Below, in pieces: positions 36,629 to 48,116 of a stretch of DNA of 64,000 bases. The DNA lies in contig JAZNCE010000128.1 in assembly GCA_045587385.1 (NCBI GenBank), positions 341-64,340 of the forward strand, written 5' to 3'. The notes below the pieces were generated by a model. That model saw only the letters and a list, made by a program, of their open reading frames with translations, did no database searches and was not told where the DNA came from. The position numbers were made by a program, and so were the translations under genes. How positions within the stretch are numbered: the stretch's first letter is position 1; each line of letters starts with the position of its first letter. This DNA comes from Eubacteriales bacterium. GTDB lineage: Bacteria > Bacillota > Clostridia > Oscillospirales > CAG-272.

Positions 36629-37227
36629 TGGTATAACCCGTTTTCCTCTATATATGCGGCAACGCGCGCGGGCACGAGATGCTCGATGCCCTGCCCTGCA
36701 CGGATCGCGGTGCGGATCTCGGTCGAGCTGACCTCGATGGGGTCGGTCACGATCCTGCGCACCACCTTGCCGTATGTTTGGTTGTATTCCGCTATTTTCT
36801 GCACGATCTGCTCATCCAGCGCCTTGTCGCTCTCGCGGCGCACGTACACGGGATAGCACAATTCAAAGATGCGCTCGGGTGCGCGCCAGGAGCCCAGCGT
36901 CAGCATCATATCCGTGCCCAGCAGCAAGAACAAGCGTCTGTCCTCGCCCGCAAGCGCCTCCAAGGTATCCACCGTGAAGCTCTTGCCCTCGCGGCGCATT
37001 TCCATATCGCTGACGATCACGCCCTCCACGTCCGCAAATGCAAGCTCGCACATGCGCAGTCTTTGTGCCGCCGTGACCTCACCGTCCATTTGCTTGTGCG
37101 GCGTTGTCCCCGTGGGAATGACGTAAAGCACGTCCAGCCACATCTGCTCCATGAACGCCTTTGCTGCCGCCACGTGACCCGCGTGCACGGGAGAAAACGT
37201 GCCGCCGTAAATTCCTACGCGCAGCAT
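36625..37227 (-). CDS. nadD: Nicotinate-nucleotide adenylyltransferase
   Basis: GIYGGTFSPVHAGH, SFTVDTL, VSSTEIR. Confidence 0.95.
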   Translation of the reverse strand: MLRVGIYGGTFSPVHAGHVAAAKAFMEQMWLDVLYVIPTGTTPHKQMDGEVTAAQRLRMCELAFADVEGVIVSDMEMRREGKSFTVDTLEALAGEDRRLFLLLGTDMMLTLGSWRAPERIFELCYPVYVRRESDKALDEQIVQKIAEYNQTYGKVVRRIVTDPIEVSSTEIRTAIRAGQGIEHLVPARVAAYIEENGLYQ

Positions 37228-37228
37228 A

Positions 37229-37522
37229 TCAGGGCAACTCGATGCGATTCTTTTTCTTTTCCGAGCGGCGGTACAGAATGATCTTTCTGCCGATCACACC
37301 GCACACCTCAGCACCCAGCGCCTCGCCAATCGCGTCCGCAATATCGCGGGGGGTGTATTCGCAGTTATCCAGAACGCCCAGCTTGATCAGCTCTCTTGCG
37401 TCAAGCGCGTCCGAAAAGGTCTTGAGCATGTTATCACCCAAGCCGCCCTTGCCGATCTGCATAATGGTAGGCAGGTCGTGCGCCAGGCTGCGCAGGTATG
37501 CTCTTTGCTTACTTGTAATCAT
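37229..37522 (-). CDS. yhbY: RNA-binding CRM-domain protein YhbY
   Basis: TSKQRAYLRSLAH, QIGKGG, ARELIK, IGRKIILYR. Confidence 0.95.
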   Translation of the reverse strand: MITSKQRAYLRSLAHDLPTIMQIGKGGLGDNMLKTFSDALDARELIKLGVLDNCEYTPRDIADAIGEALGAEVCGVIGRKIILYRRSEKKKNRIELP

Positions 37523-37523
37523 A

Positions 37524-38126
37524 TCAAACTCCGTTATAATTCTTTACTAAAAAATCAACCAGCAGCTGCATGGCTCTGCCGCGGTGGCTGATGCTGTTTT
37601 TTTCGTCTGCCGTCATTTCGGCATAGCTCTTTTCCATGGGGGGATAGTAGAACAAGGGATCATAGCCAAATCCGGTGTTGCCTCTGTACGCGTGCAAAAT
37701 CTCACCCTCGGTCTTACCAAGGAACACGTGCGCGTTGTTCAGCTCCTCGGGGAACACGCAGGCAATGGCACATACGAATGCACCGCTTCTATCCTGCTTG
37801 TCCGCAAGGTTTTGAAGCAGCAGCTGATTGTTCGCCTCGTCGTTGCCGTGCTCGCCTGCATATCTTGCGCTGTAAATGCCGGGCGCACCGCCAAGGGCGT
37901 TTACCTCAAGTCCCGAGTCGTCACCCACGCCGATATAGCCGCTCATAGCAGCTGCACGCGCCTTGATGATGGCGTTTTCGGCAAAGGTGGTGCCGTTTTC
38001 CTCAATCTCATCGGTCAAGCCCACCTCGTCCAGCGAATAGACCTCCACCTCGGGGATGGACTGCGAGAGGATTCTTTTGAGCTCCGCTATTTTATGCTGA
38101 TTATGTGATGCAAGTACAATCTTCAT
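37524..38126 (-). CDS. rdgB: Non-canonical purine NTP pyrophosphatase
   Basis: ASHNQHK, DDSGL, PGIYSARY, FGYDPLF, SHRG. Confidence 0.95.
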   Translation of the reverse strand: MKIVLASHNQHKIAELKRILSQSIPEVEVYSLDEVGLTDEIEENGTTFAENAIIKARAAAMSGYIGVGDDSGLEVNALGGAPGIYSARYAGEHGNDEANNQLLLQNLADKQDRSGAFVCAIACVFPEELNNAHVFLGKTEGEILHAYRGNTGFGYDPLFYYPPMEKSYAEMTADEKNSISHRGRAMQLLVDFLVKNYNGV

Positions 38127-38138
38127 ATCTCTTGATGA

Positions 38139-39047
38139 TTACTGTTCAAACAGTGCCTTGATAAATTCTGCAGCAACAAATTCCTGCATATCGTCGATCT
38201 TTTCGCCCACGCCGATGAACTTAACGGGAATGCCCAACTCGCGCTTGATGGAAAGCACGATGCCGCCCTTTGCGGTACCGTCCAGCTTGTTGAGCGTCAG
38301 ACCCGTGATGTTGGCAGCCTTGCCGAATTCCTTTGCCTGCATGATGGCGTTCTGACCGGTGGTTGCGTCCAGCACCAAAAGGTTCTCTCTTGCAGCACCC
38401 GGCAGCTCGCGGTCGATGACGCGGTTGATCTTTGCCAGCTCGTTCATCAGGTTGGTCTTGTTGTGCAGTCTGCCTGCGGTATCGATGATCAGCACGTCAG
38501 CCTGCTTTTTCTTGGCATAGCTGATAGCATCGTACACAACGGCAGCAGGGTCGCTGCCCTCGTTCTGGCGCACCATTTCTACCTTGGCGCGGTCGCACCA
38601 CACCTGCAGCTGGTCGATTGCCGCTGCGCGGAAGGTGTCCGCCGCTGCGACCACGACCTTCTTGCCCTGTGCGCGCAGTCTGTTGGAGATCTTACCGATC
38701 GAGGTAGTCTTGCCCGCACCGTTGACACCGATGACCAAAATTACCGAAGGCGTGGTGGACAGATTCAGCGCACCGCCCTCGCCGATCATATCGGTCAGCA
38801 TTTCCTGCAGCGCAGCCATGACGTCCTCTTTTTCCTTGATTCTGCCGTCCTTGATGCGCACGCGCAGCTCGTCCATGATCTCCTCGGTCGCGCCAACGCC
38901 CACGTCTGCCTCGATCAGCAGCTCCTCCAGCTCGTCCAGCATATCCTCGTCCACGCGCACGAAATTGGAAAGTACGTCGTGTACCTTACCGAACAGCGCG
39001 TCCTTGGTCTTTTTCAAGCCCGCCTTTAATTTATCCAAAAATGCCAT
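38139..39047 (-). CDS. ftsY: SRP receptor FtsY
   Basis: Start MAFLDKLK; [30 protein letters not shown]. Confidence 0.97.
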   Translation of the reverse strand: MAFLDKLKAGLKKTKDALFGKVHDVLSNFVRVDEDMLDELEELLIEADVGVGATEEIMDELRVRIKDGRIKEKEDVMAALQEMLTDMIGEGGALNLSTTPSVILVIGVNGAGKTTSIGKISNRLRAQGKKVVVAAADTFRAAAIDQLQVWCDRAKVEMVRQNEGSDPAAVVYDAISYAKKKQADVLIIDTAGRLHNKTNLMNELAKINRVIDRELPGAARENLLVLDATTGQNAIMQAKEFGKAANITGLTLNKLDGTAKGGIVLSIKRELGIPVKFIGVGEKIDDMQEFVAAEFIKALFEQ

Positions 39048-42000
39048 CCCAGTTGCTCTCCTTTTGCTTTTCAATATCGTTGACGTCCAGCGTCAGCACC
39101 TTGGAAATGCCGTGCTCGGGCATGGTGACGCCGTACAGTCTGGTGGCAGCAGCCATGGTACCGCGACGGTGCGTGATCATGATGAACTGCGTGCCGTCGG
39201 TATACTTCTTGATGTACTGCGCAAGTCTTTCCACGTTGACCTCGTCCAACGCAGCCTCGATCTCGTCGAGAATACAGAAGGGCGTGGGGTTGACCTTGAG
39301 GATAGCAAAGAACAGCGCAACGCCGATAAACGCCTGCTCACCGCCCGAGAGCTGCATCAGGTTCTTGATGATCTTTCCGGGAGGTGCCGCCTTGATCTCA
39401 ATACCCGATTCCAGAATGTTCTCGGGATCGGACAAGGACAGCTCCGCAGAGCCACCGCCGAACAGCTCGGCAAACACCTTGCCGAAGTTCTCGTTGATCT
39501 GATTGAAGGACTCCACGAACACCGCCTTCATCTCGGCTTCCAGCTCGGCAATGATCTTCATGGTCTCTGCCTTGGATTTTTCGAGATCCACGATCTGCTC
39601 GTTCATCTCGTCGTATCTCTTTTTGACCTCCTGGTACTTCTCCACAGCACCCAGGTCCACGTGACCGATGGCGCGCAGCTTGTTTCTGCACTCGGTCTGC
39701 AGCTGTACCATCTCGCGACGGTTCTCGGGCGTGATTGCAGGATACCCCAATGCAACCGCGTCCGCTCTGGTCATTTCGTAATCGTCCCAAAGCTTGGACG
39801 AAAGCTTATCCAGCTCGTCGCGCAGATTGTTCAGCTTGTTCTCACACTTGGTATATTCGCGGAAGATGATCTCCTTCTGATTCATCTTTTCGCGCATGCG
39901 CGCAGTCATTTCATTGAGCTTTTTCTCAAAGTCCATGCTGTCGCTTTCAATTTCGGCACGCTTGGCGTTCAGCTCCTGCAGCTTTGCCTGACCTGCCTCG
40001 TATTTTAGTCTGTTATCCGCCTGGAATACCGTATAACCCTCGATCATATCCTCCAGCGAAACGATACGCTCGCGCGAGGCGCGGATCTCGTCCGCATACA
40101 GCTCCACGCGCGTGCGGCAAACGCCAAGCAAGGTGTGCTCGGTCTCGGTATCCTTTGCCGTTTCGCTGATCTTGATGATCACACCCGTCATGCGGTCGTT
40201 GAGATCCGCCACGTGGTCTTCCATATCAAGGCGTTGCTCGTCCTTTTTCTGACGTGCAGCGGTGATCTCGTTCACGACCGTGGCAGCTCTGCGCTCGTCC
40301 GCCTGCAGAATGGCAAGATCTTCCTCGTATCTCTCGCTCATGGCAATGATCTGATCGTAGTCCTCGCGCATCTTGGCAAGCAGCGTAGCATTCGCCTCAA
40401 TCTTTGCATTGATCTGCTCAAGCTGTGCCGCCTCGGTGCTCATCAGCACGCCAAGCAGCTCCTTGCGGTCCTCACAAGACGCCTTGTCCTCTGTGGTATC
40501 ACGGATATCCTGCTTTTTCATATCTGCATCCTTGAGCAGCTTTGCAAGCTCCTTTTCGCATGCAGCGCAGGTCTCCTCCAGCTTTTTGATCTCGGCTGCT
40601 CTGCCGAGCACGCTTGCGCCCTGGCGCACCGAGCCGCCCGTAAACGAACCGCCCATATTGATCTGCTGACCGTCCAGGGTCACAACGCGTACGCGGTAGC
40701 GCAGTGCCTTTGCCATAGCGGTCGCATTATCGATGGTATCGAAAATAACGGTTCTGCCGATCAGCGAGGAAACCACGTCACGGAACTTGTCCTCGCAATC
40801 GATCAAGGTGTCCGCAACTGCAATATAGCCGCGATAGCCCGACGCATCACGCATTTCGGGCGTAGGTGCGGATGCACGCATAGAGGTCAGGGGGAAGAAG
40901 GTCGCTCTGCCCGCCTCGCCCTTTTTGAGCGCGTACATAGCCGCCTTGGCGGTCTCTTCATCGTCCACCACGATATGCTGCAGGTTTGCACCCAGCGCGG
41001 TTTCAATCGCTGTGACGTACTTTTCATCTACGCTGACCACCTTGGAAAGCGGACCGTAGATCTTACCCACGGGCACACCGCCCGCAGCGGTGATCTTGCC
41101 CTCTGCGTAACGGTTCATGACAAAGCGCACGCTGTTGGCGTATCCTTCAAAGCTCTCTTCCATGTGCTTGAAGGTCTGAATTCTCTGCTGTGCCGAATCG
41201 CGGCGCAGTCTGATCTGGTTGATCTGCTCGGAAAGCTCACCGTACGATGCGTTGAGCACAACCAGCTTTTGATTATAGCTCTCGACCTCTGCCGCAGCCT
41301 CGTCGATTGCCTTCTGATAATCGGCAACCGTCTTTTGCTTTTCAGCGCTCTGCTTTTGCAGCGCGCGGTCGGCGTTTTCATAGGTCTCCATATCGGCAAG
41401 GATATCGCTGTTGCGGTCGCTGCCGCTGTTCTTGGCATTCTCCAAAACGGAGATACGCACGCGAATGTCGGTCGCCTCAGCCTCAGCCTCGCGGATATCC
41501 GCAAGCGCGGTGGCAATATCCGCCTCCAGTACTGCGATCTTGGCACGCGTGGTACGGATCTCGTCTGCGATCTGTCCCTGCTCGCGCTCCAAGGCTGCAC
41601 TCTGCTCGGCAAGCGCAAGAATGCGTGCGGAGTGCTCACCGCAAGCCGCCTGCTCCTGCTCCATATTTTTCTGCGAAAGAGCCATGGAGGAATTTGCCGC
41701 CTCGATCAGCTCCTTGGTGTGCGCAATGTTGCTCTCTGTCACGCGGAATTCGCTGTCCAGCGTATGGTTCTCCTGCGTCTGCACGCGGATCTGCGTCAGC
41801 AGCTGCTCGGATGCCATCTTGTTGGATTGCGACGCCTCAAACAGACGGTTGTTCTGGGTCTCCATGCCCTGCAACGCGTCTTCTGCGGTCTGCAGATCAA
41901 ACGCAGAATGCTTGAGCGCGTCCTCTGCTACACCGATCTCGTTACGGAAGCGTTCGGTATCGTACAGCCACAGACTGACGTCAGCACGCTTCTTGGCGTC

Positions 42001-42684
42001 CATCAGCTCAATGGCGCGCTTTGCCTTGCCCGCCTCTTTTTCCAAAGGACCGACCTGCGCCTGCACCTCGGTAAACACGTCCATAATACGCACCATGTTC
42101 TCCTCTGCCTTGGCAAGCTTGCGTTCCGCCTCGTTCTTCTTATGGCGGTACTTGGCAATGCCCGAAGCATCCTCAAACGTGCTGCGTCGCTCGTCGCTCT
42201 TACGCGATACCATCTCGGCAATTCTGCCCTGACCGATGATCGAGTAACCGTCACGACCGATACCGGTATTCATGAACAGCTCGTAAATATCGCGCAATCT
42301 GACCGCACGGCGGTTGATGAAATATTCACTCTCGCCCTGGCGGAAGTAGCGTCTGGTAACCGTTACCTCGTCGTAAGGGCAATCCAATTTTGCAAAATCT
42401 CCGGTGTTATCAAAGGTCACCGATACCTCTGCATAACCCATGGGGCGGCGGCTGTCTGCACCGCCGAAAATAACGTCCTCCATCTTGGAGCCGCGCAGCG
42501 TTCTGGACGAGATCTCACCCAGTACCCAACGCATCGCGTCCGCGATATTGGACTTGCCGCTTCCGTTGGGACCTACGATGACGGTAACGCCCGCCTGCTC
42601 GTTCACCATGCCGTTGTCAAACACCAGCTTGGTTCTGTCCGGGAAGGACTTAAAGCCTTGTAATTCAATGGATTTTAAGTACAA
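39031..42684 (-). CDS. smc: Chromosome segregation protein SMC
   Basis: [14 protein letters not shown], hinge [22 protein letters not shown]. Confidence 0.98.
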   Translation of the reverse strand: MYLKSIELQGFKSFPDRTKLVFDNGMVNEQAGVTVIVGPNGSGKSNIADAMRWVLGEISSRTLRGSKMEDVIFGGADSRRPMGYAEVSVTFDNTGDFAKLDCPYDEVTVTRRYFRQGESEYFINRRAVRLRDIYELFMNTGIGRDGYSIIGQGRIAEMVSRKSDERRSTFEDASGIAKYRHKKNEAERKLAKAEENMVRIMDVFTEVQAQVGPLEKEAGKAKRAIELMDAKKRADVSLWLYDTERFRNEIGVAEDALKHSAFDLQTAEDALQGMETQNNRLFEASQSNKMASEQLLTQIRVQTQENHTLDSEFRVTESNIAHTKELIEAANSSMALSQKNMEQEQAACGEHSARILALAEQSAALEREQGQIADEIRTTRAKIAVLEADIATALADIREAEAEATDIRVRISVLENAKNSGSDRNSDILADMETYENADRALQKQSAEKQKTVADYQKAIDEAAAEVESYNQKLVVLNASYGELSEQINQIRLRRDSAQQRIQTFKHMEESFEGYANSVRFVMNRYAEGKITAAGGVPVGKIYGPLSKVVSVDEKYVTAIETALGANLQHIVVDDEETAKAAMYALKKGEAGRATFFPLTSMRASAPTPEMRDASGYRGYIAVADTLIDCEDKFRDVVSSLIGRTVIFDTIDNATAMAKALRYRVRVVTLDGQQINMGGSFTGGSVRQGASVLGRAAEIKKLEETCAACEKELAKLLKDADMKKQDIRDTTEDKASCEDRKELLGVLMSTEAAQLEQINAKIEANATLLAKMREDYDQIIAMSERYEEDLAILQADERRAATVVNEITAARQKKDEQRLDMEDHVADLNDRMTGVIIKISETAKDTETEHTLLGVCRTRVELYADEIRASRERIVSLEDMIEGYTVFQADNRLKYEAGQAKLQELNAKRAEIESDSMDFEKKLNEMTARMREKMNQKEIIFREYTKCENKLNNLRDELDKLSSKLWDDYEMTRADAVALGYPAITPENRREMVQLQTECRNKLRAIGHVDLGAVEKYQEVKKRYDEMNEQIVDLEKSKAETMKIIAELEAEMKAVFVESFNQINENFGKVFAELFGGGSAELSLSDPENILESGIEIKAAPPGKIIKNLMQLSGGEQAFIGVALFFAILKVNPTPFCILDEIEAALDEVNVERLAQYIKKYTDGTQFIMITHRRGTMAAATRLYGVTMPEHGISKVLTLDVNDIEKQKESNWDGIFG

Positions 42685-42701
42685 TGCTCTTTCTCCTTTT
42701 C

Positions 42702-43703
42702 TTAGATTTTAGGAGTATCCGTGTCGCTTGCAACCAGTCTGAGCTGTGTGCCGAATTCGGCTTGCAAGCGCAAAAGATTTTGTTTGTGCTGTCCGATGGC
42801 TACGGAAAGCTCTCGGGCAGGAATATATACTTGCTGCACGGGAGAGAGTGCCCCGGACAGCAGCTTTCTCAAATTTTGATAGTACAAATGCGAGCGCACC
42901 AGCTCACCGAGCGCGGGATGATTGGCTCCTCCCACCGCAAGCGCAGGATCGGAAAGGTTATCCGAGGCGCAAAGACCGATGCGGATGACGCGCACGCCGT
43001 GCTCCTCAAAGATGCGCAGGACCTCTGCGCTGCGCTCCACCGCCTCGTCAAGCGAGAGTGGCAGGTAGCGTCCATCCTGCATCATGTCGCACAGCGCGGT
43101 ATCGGCAAACACCACGGTGGGATAGATGCGCGCTCCCTGCACGCCGATCCGACATAGCCTTTCTGCCGTGTCGATCTCACTTTGCACGGTACTGCCGGGC
43201 AACCCGATCATAGTCTGCCCCACGACCTCGTAGCCTGCATCCAGCAGCATGCGGCATGCCCGCTCGGCACACGCGGCGTCGTGACCGCGCCCCGAAGCAG
43301 ACAGCACAGCGTCGTCCATGCTCTGCACGCCAAGCTCCACCGTGCGCACGCTGTAGTGCGAGAGAATTTCGATGATCTCGTCCGAAATATAATCGGGACG
43401 CGTGGACATGCGGATTCCCTGCACGCGCGCCTTCCCCTCTGTGGGATTTTGCACGTACCGCTCTGCCACGTCCAGAAGATAACGCATCAGCGCACGGTCA
43501 ATGCCCGTAAACGAGCCGCCGAAAAACGCGATCTCTGCGGTATCCGCTTCTGTGGTCGTGGCAAGTGCCCCTGCAATTTGTCCGTCCACCTCGGCAGGGT
43601 CAAACTGCCCTGCTCCCGAAATGGTGCGCTGATTGCAGAACACGCAGGCGTTGGGACAACCGAGATGAGGGATAAAAATGGGAATATTCAGGTGTCTGCT
43701 CAC
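42702..43703 (-). CDS. Radical SAM protein (Elp3/YhcC-like)
   Basis: IPIFIPHLGCPNACVFCNQ, FFGGSFT, STRPD; rnc-radical SAM-smc order is familiar from Clostridia. Confidence 0.88.
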   Translation of the reverse strand: MSRHLNIPIFIPHLGCPNACVFCNQRTISGAGQFDPAEVDGQIAGALATTTEADTAEIAFFGGSFTGIDRALMRYLLDVAERYVQNPTEGKARVQGIRMSTRPDYISDEIIEILSHYSVRTVELGVQSMDDAVLSASGRGHDAACAERACRMLLDAGYEVVGQTMIGLPGSTVQSEIDTAERLCRIGVQGARIYPTVVFADTALCDMMQDGRYLPLSLDEAVERSAEVLRIFEEHGVRVIRIGLCASDNLSDPALAVGGANHPALGELVRSHLYYQNLRKLLSGALSPVQQVYIPARELSVAIGQHKQNLLRLQAEFGTQLRLVASDTDTPKI

Positions 43704-44431
43704 GGCTGTACACCGAACAGCTCAAGTGCCTGGCGCGCAGCGTTTTGCTCTGCGCGACGCTTGGACTGTCCTTGGCCGCGGCCTATGACGTTGGAATTGA
43801 GTCTTGCCTCAACCGTAAAGGTCTTTTGGTGATCGGGACCGCTCTCTCCAACCGTAACGTACTCGAGGAAATCACCCTCGGTCTGCTGCACGAACTGCTG
43901 CAAGAGCGTCTTGTAATCGCTGCTGCCCTGCGCACCCGCGTGGGAGATCTCCTCGCGGATCAAGGGCAAAAGCAGCTCACCGACGCAGTCAAAGCCCTGC
44001 TCGCCCGCATCGAGATAGATAGCTGCAAGCAACGCTTCAAACGCATCCGCCAAAATGGATCTGCGTTCTCTGCCGCGGTTCTTTTCTTCACCGACACCCA
44101 AAAGCAGGTAATCGCCAAGGTGAATGCGATCGGCAAACGAGGAAAGCGCACGCTCACAGACCAGCTCCGCGCGCAGCCTCGTCAGCTCGCCCTCGGCAAG
44201 ATCGGGATAAGCGGTATATAAGTAACGGCTGACCACCACAGAGAGCACCGAGTCGCCCAAAAATTCCAGTCGCTCGTTGCAAAGCAGATGGTGATGCTTG
44301 TCTCCTTGCTCATTGGAGTACGAGGAGTGCGTCAGCGCCTTTTGCAGATAAGAATGGTTTTCAAAGCGATATCCGATCGTTTCTTGCAAAAGTGCCGTCG
44401 GCTTTGGATATCTGCTCTCAAAATTGCTCAT
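43700..44431 (-). CDS. rnc: Ribonuclease III
   Basis: ALTHSS, NERLEFLGDSVL, ADAFEA, dsRBD DYKTLLQ. Confidence 0.97.
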   Translation of the reverse strand: MSNFESRYPKPTALLQETIGYRFENHSYLQKALTHSSYSNEQGDKHHHLLCNERLEFLGDSVLSVVVSRYLYTAYPDLAEGELTRLRAELVCERALSSFADRIHLGDYLLLGVGEEKNRGRERRSILADAFEALLAAIYLDAGEQGFDCVGELLLPLIREEISHAGAQGSSDYKTLLQQFVQQTEGDFLEYVTVGESGPDHQKTFTVEARLNSNVIGRGQGQSKRRAEQNAARQALELFGVQP

Positions 44432-44456
44432 AAGCATCCTTTCTCTGCCCGCAGGA

Positions 44457-45788
44457 TCAAGCCTTGATCTCGGGCAGCATTTCCCGGATAATTTCAACAG
44501 CGGTCTGGGCGATCACGGCATTTCTTGCCGCCTTACCGCCCTTGACCTTTTTTGCAGGCATTTCAATAATGCCGAAGTTTGCATTCATGGGCACAAACGA
44601 GCCAACGCTGCCGTTTTGCACGTACTGTGCCATCGCACCGATCATGGTCTTGCGCGGGAAAATCAGCGCGTCCATGCCTCTTGCGCGGCGCGCAGCGTTG
44701 ATACCTGCCACCAAGCCCGAGCCTGCGGATTCAATATAGCCCTCCACACCGGTCATCTGTCCTGCAAAAAACACGTTGGGACGGGACAGCATGGAATAGT
44801 CAGCTGCAAGCAAACCGGGAGAATTGAGGTAGGTATTGCGGTGCATGACACCGTAGCGCAAAAATTCCGCGTTTTCCAGTCCGGGGATCATACCGAACAC
44901 ACGGCGCTGCTCGGGGAAGGTCAGGTGGGTCTGGAAGCCCACGAGGTTATACATGGTTCCCTCTTTGTTTTCCTTGCGCAGCTGCACGACCGCGTAATAC
45001 TCCTTACCCACGCGCGGGTCGATCAGACCCACGGGCTTTAAGGGACCGTAGCGCAGCGTTTCGTAGCCGCGGCGTGCCATGACCTCCACGGGCATGCAGC
45101 CCTCAAACACGGTCAGATCCTTCTGCTCCTCGCGGTCAAATTCCTTGAGCGCAGCCTCCTCTGCCGTAATCAATGCCTCGTAAAAGGCGTCGTACTGCTC
45201 CTTGGTCATGGGGCAGTTGATATAGTCTGCATCCCCCTTATCGTAGCGGGATGCGAAAAACGCAACGTCCATATTGATGCTGTCGGCATCCACGATGGGG
45301 GCGGCAGCATCAAAGAAGTGCAGGCCCGCACAGCCGAGGTCATCGCGGATATAATTTGCCATGGGCGCACTGGTCAAAGGTCCCGTGGCAATGACCGTCA
45401 CACCGTCGTCGGGCAGGCGGTCACACTCGCACTCGATCACCTCGATATTGGGATGATTGCGCACCCGATCTGTAATATACTGGGAAAACAGCACTCTGTC
45501 CACCGCCAGTGCCGAGCCTGCGGGCACGCGCGTTGCGTCAGCCGCCTGCATGATCAGCGAGCCCATCTCGCGCATTTCGCTCTTGAGCAAGCCGATGGCG
45601 TTGGAGGGTGCGTCGGAGCGCAGCGAGTTGGAGCACACCAGCTCACCGAAGGTGGGCGCGTGGTGCGCGGGCGTGTACTTAACGGGCTTCATCTCGTAGA
45701 GCTTGACCTTGACGCCTCGCTCTGCCGCCGCAAAAGCAGCCTCACAGCCCGCAAGTCCCGCTCCGAGAACGGAAATATAGTCAGCCAT
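44457..45788 (-). CDS. trmFO: Folate-dependent tRNA (uracil-5)-methyltransferase TrmFO
   Basis: GAGLAGCEAA, ELVCSNS, FFDAAAP, YGVMHRN, AGQMTGVEGY. Confidence 0.97.
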   Translation of the reverse strand: MADYISVLGAGLAGCEAAFAAAERGVKVKLYEMKPVKYTPAHHAPTFGELVCSNSLRSDAPSNAIGLLKSEMREMGSLIMQAADATRVPAGSALAVDRVLFSQYITDRVRNHPNIEVIECECDRLPDDGVTVIATGPLTSAPMANYIRDDLGCAGLHFFDAAAPIVDADSINMDVAFFASRYDKGDADYINCPMTKEQYDAFYEALITAEEAALKEFDREEQKDLTVFEGCMPVEVMARRGYETLRYGPLKPVGLIDPRVGKEYYAVVQLRKENKEGTMYNLVGFQTHLTFPEQRRVFGMIPGLENAEFLRYGVMHRNTYLNSPGLLAADYSMLSRPNVFFAGQMTGVEGYIESAGSGLVAGINAARRARGMDALIFPRKTMIGAMAQYVQNGSVGSFVPMNANFGIIEMPAKKVKGGKAARNAVIAQTAVEIIREMLPEIKA

Positions 45789-48082
45789 TATGCTTCTCCC
45801 TCACCGGACATTTCGGTCTCGGTCGCTTGTCTTTGGTATCCGCACGCCTTGTCGTGGCAAACGATGAGCGCCTTGCCCTTCTTTCTGAACAGCATGCCGC
45901 CGCAATCGGGGCACTTCTCGCCTACGGGCATATCCCAGGAGGAGAAATCACACTCGGGGTACTTTTCACAGCTGTAGAATACGGTCTTGTTCTTGCCGTA
46001 CTTCATGACGACCTTGCTTGCACACTTGGGGCAAGGTACGCCTATATCCTTGGTTCTGGGCTTGGTAAAGGCACAGGTGGGATAGTTTGCACAAGCGTAG
46101 AAGCTGCCGTAGCGACCGGTACGCAGAACCATGTCACCGCCGCACTTTTCGCACTTGAAATCGGCAACGACGACCTTCTTTTCGGTCTGTGCCTCGCCCT
46201 CTGCCTCGGGCTTGGGTGCATTTAAGGGCTTGGTATTCTTACAGGTGGGATAGTTGGGGCATGCAGCAAACTTGCCAAAGCGACCGTTCTTGACGATCAT
46301 GGTCGCACCGCACTTGTCGCAGACCATATCGGTCTTTTCCACGGGCAGCTCGTAAGAAGCCTGCGCCAGCGCCTTTTCCGCGCCCTCCAGCTGTCCTGCA
46401 AAGTCGCTCCAGAACTTTTCCAGCACGCTGTTCATCTGCACGCTGCCCTTTTCGATCGAGTCAAGGTCGCTTTCCATGCGTGCGGTAAAGCGGTAGTCCA
46501 CAATGCTTGTAAAGTTCTCCTCCATGAGCTTGGTCGTCACCTCACCGTACGCGGTGGGATAGAGCGACTTGCCCTCACGGGAGACGTAATTTTTGGAAAT
46601 ATTGGTGATGATGGTAGTATAGGTGGAGGGTCTGCCGATGCCCTTTTCCTCCAGATTCTTGATCAGCGTTGCCTCGGTGTATCTTGCGGGCGGCTCAGTA
46701 AAGTGGCATGCGGGATCGATCGAATCGGGCTGCCATACCTGACCCTGCTTCATATCGGGCAGGCGGATATCACTCATCTGGTCGGGGTCGTTTTCATCCG
46801 CCTTGTCGTCGGTGGATTCCTCATACAGCACCATATAGCCGGGGAAGGTCACGGTATAACCGCCGGTACGGAACAGATACCCCTCTGCGTTAAAGTCCAC
46901 GCTCAGGGTGGCCAGCTCTGCGGACTGCATCTGGCTTGCGACAAATCTCTCCCAGATCAGCTTATACAATCTGTACTGATCGGTCGTCAGATACTTGCGG
47001 ATCTTTGCAGGCTCCAGATCGGTCTTGGTGGGACGAATGGCTTCGTGCGCATCCTGCGCGCCTGCCTTTGCCTTATAGGTTCTGGGCGTTACCGGGCAGT
47101 ACTGCTCGCCGTACTTGCCTGCGATAAATGCCAGTGCCGCTGCCTGCGCCTCGTCGGAAATACGCAAAGAGTCGGTACGCATATAGGTGATCAGACCCTG
47201 TACGCCGCCGTTCTCGGCACCGACGTTGATACCCTCGTAAAGCTCCTGCGCCACGCGCATGATGCGCTGAGACTGGAAGCCCAGCTTGCGCGATGCCTCC
47301 TGCTGCATGGTAGAGGTGGTAAAGGGAGGTGCGGGCGACTTATGTCTGGTGGCACGCTTGACGTCTGCTACGGTAAAGGGCTTGCCCTGCACCGCTGCCA
47401 CAACTGCCTCTGCCTGCTCGCGGCAGGTCAGCTTGACCTTGCCGTTGCCGTCACCCCAGAAGCGAGCCAGCACGTGCGCACCGCTCTCGGTGTGCAGCTG
47501 CGCTGCAATGGTCCAATACTCCTCGGGCACGAATGCGCGGATCTCGTTTTCTCTTTCCACGATCATCTTGGTGGCAACGCTCTGCACGCGGCCGGCGGAA
47601 AGACCGGGCTTGACGTTCTTCCAGAGCAGGGGGCTGATCTTATAGCCCACGATTCTGTCCACGATACGGCGCGCTCTCTGCGAGTCGACCAGGTCCATGT
47701 CAATGGTTCTGGGCTGCTTGATCGCGGTCTTGACCGCGGTCTTGGTGATCTCGTTAAAGGTGACGCGCTGGGTCTTTTCCACGGGAATGCCCAACACGGC
47801 AGCCAGATGCCAGGAAATTGCTTCGCCTTCGCGGTCAGGGTCGGTTGCAAGGAACACCTTGGTGGCATGCTTTGCCTCCTTGCGGATCTCCTTGATCAGA
47901 TCTCCCTTGCCGCGCACGTTGATGTAATGTGCGTCAAAGCCGTTCTCAATATCCACGGCAAGCGTGCTCTTGGGCAGGTCGCGCACGTGTCCCTTGGAGG
48001 CGATGACCTTATAGTTAGAGCCAAGATAGCCCTTGATGGTTGTTGCTTTGGAGGGTGACTCCACGATTACCAGATTTGCCAT
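45788..48082 (-). CDS. topA: DNA topoisomerase I
   Basis: LVIVESPSKA, ATDPDREGE, SAGRVQS, ITYMRTD, C-terminal Zn ribbons. Confidence 0.98.
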   Translation of the reverse strand: MANLVIVESPSKATTIKGYLGSNYKVIASKGHVRDLPKSTLAVDIENGFDAHYINVRGKGDLIKEIRKEAKHATKVFLATDPDREGEAISWHLAAVLGIPVEKTQRVTFNEITKTAVKTAIKQPRTIDMDLVDSQRARRIVDRIVGYKISPLLWKNVKPGLSAGRVQSVATKMIVERENEIRAFVPEEYWTIAAQLHTESGAHVLARFWGDGNGKVKLTCREQAEAVVAAVQGKPFTVADVKRATRHKSPAPPFTTSTMQQEASRKLGFQSQRIMRVAQELYEGINVGAENGGVQGLITYMRTDSLRISDEAQAAALAFIAGKYGEQYCPVTPRTYKAKAGAQDAHEAIRPTKTDLEPAKIRKYLTTDQYRLYKLIWERFVASQMQSAELATLSVDFNAEGYLFRTGGYTVTFPGYMVLYEESTDDKADENDPDQMSDIRLPDMKQGQVWQPDSIDPACHFTEPPARYTEATLIKNLEEKGIGRPSTYTTIITNISKNYVSREGKSLYPTAYGEVTTKLMEENFTSIVDYRFTARMESDLDSIEKGSVQMNSVLEKFWSDFAGQLEGAEKALAQASYELPVEKTDMVCDKCGATMIVKNGRFGKFAACPNYPTCKNTKPLNAPKPEAEGEAQTEKKVVVADFKCEKCGGDMVLRTGRYGSFYACANYPTCAFTKPRTKDIGVPCPKCASKVVMKYGKNKTVFYSCEKYPECDFSSWDMPVGEKCPDCGGMLFRKKGKALIVCHDKACGYQRQATETEMSGEGEA

Positions 48083-48116
48083 AGTTGTATCTTTTTTCCT
48101 TTCAGTGTAAGGTGAA

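Noticed and set aside
40135-42663. 842-aa plus-strand ORF
   Set aside because: Antisense shadow of smc caused by codon bias; no recognisable motifs.
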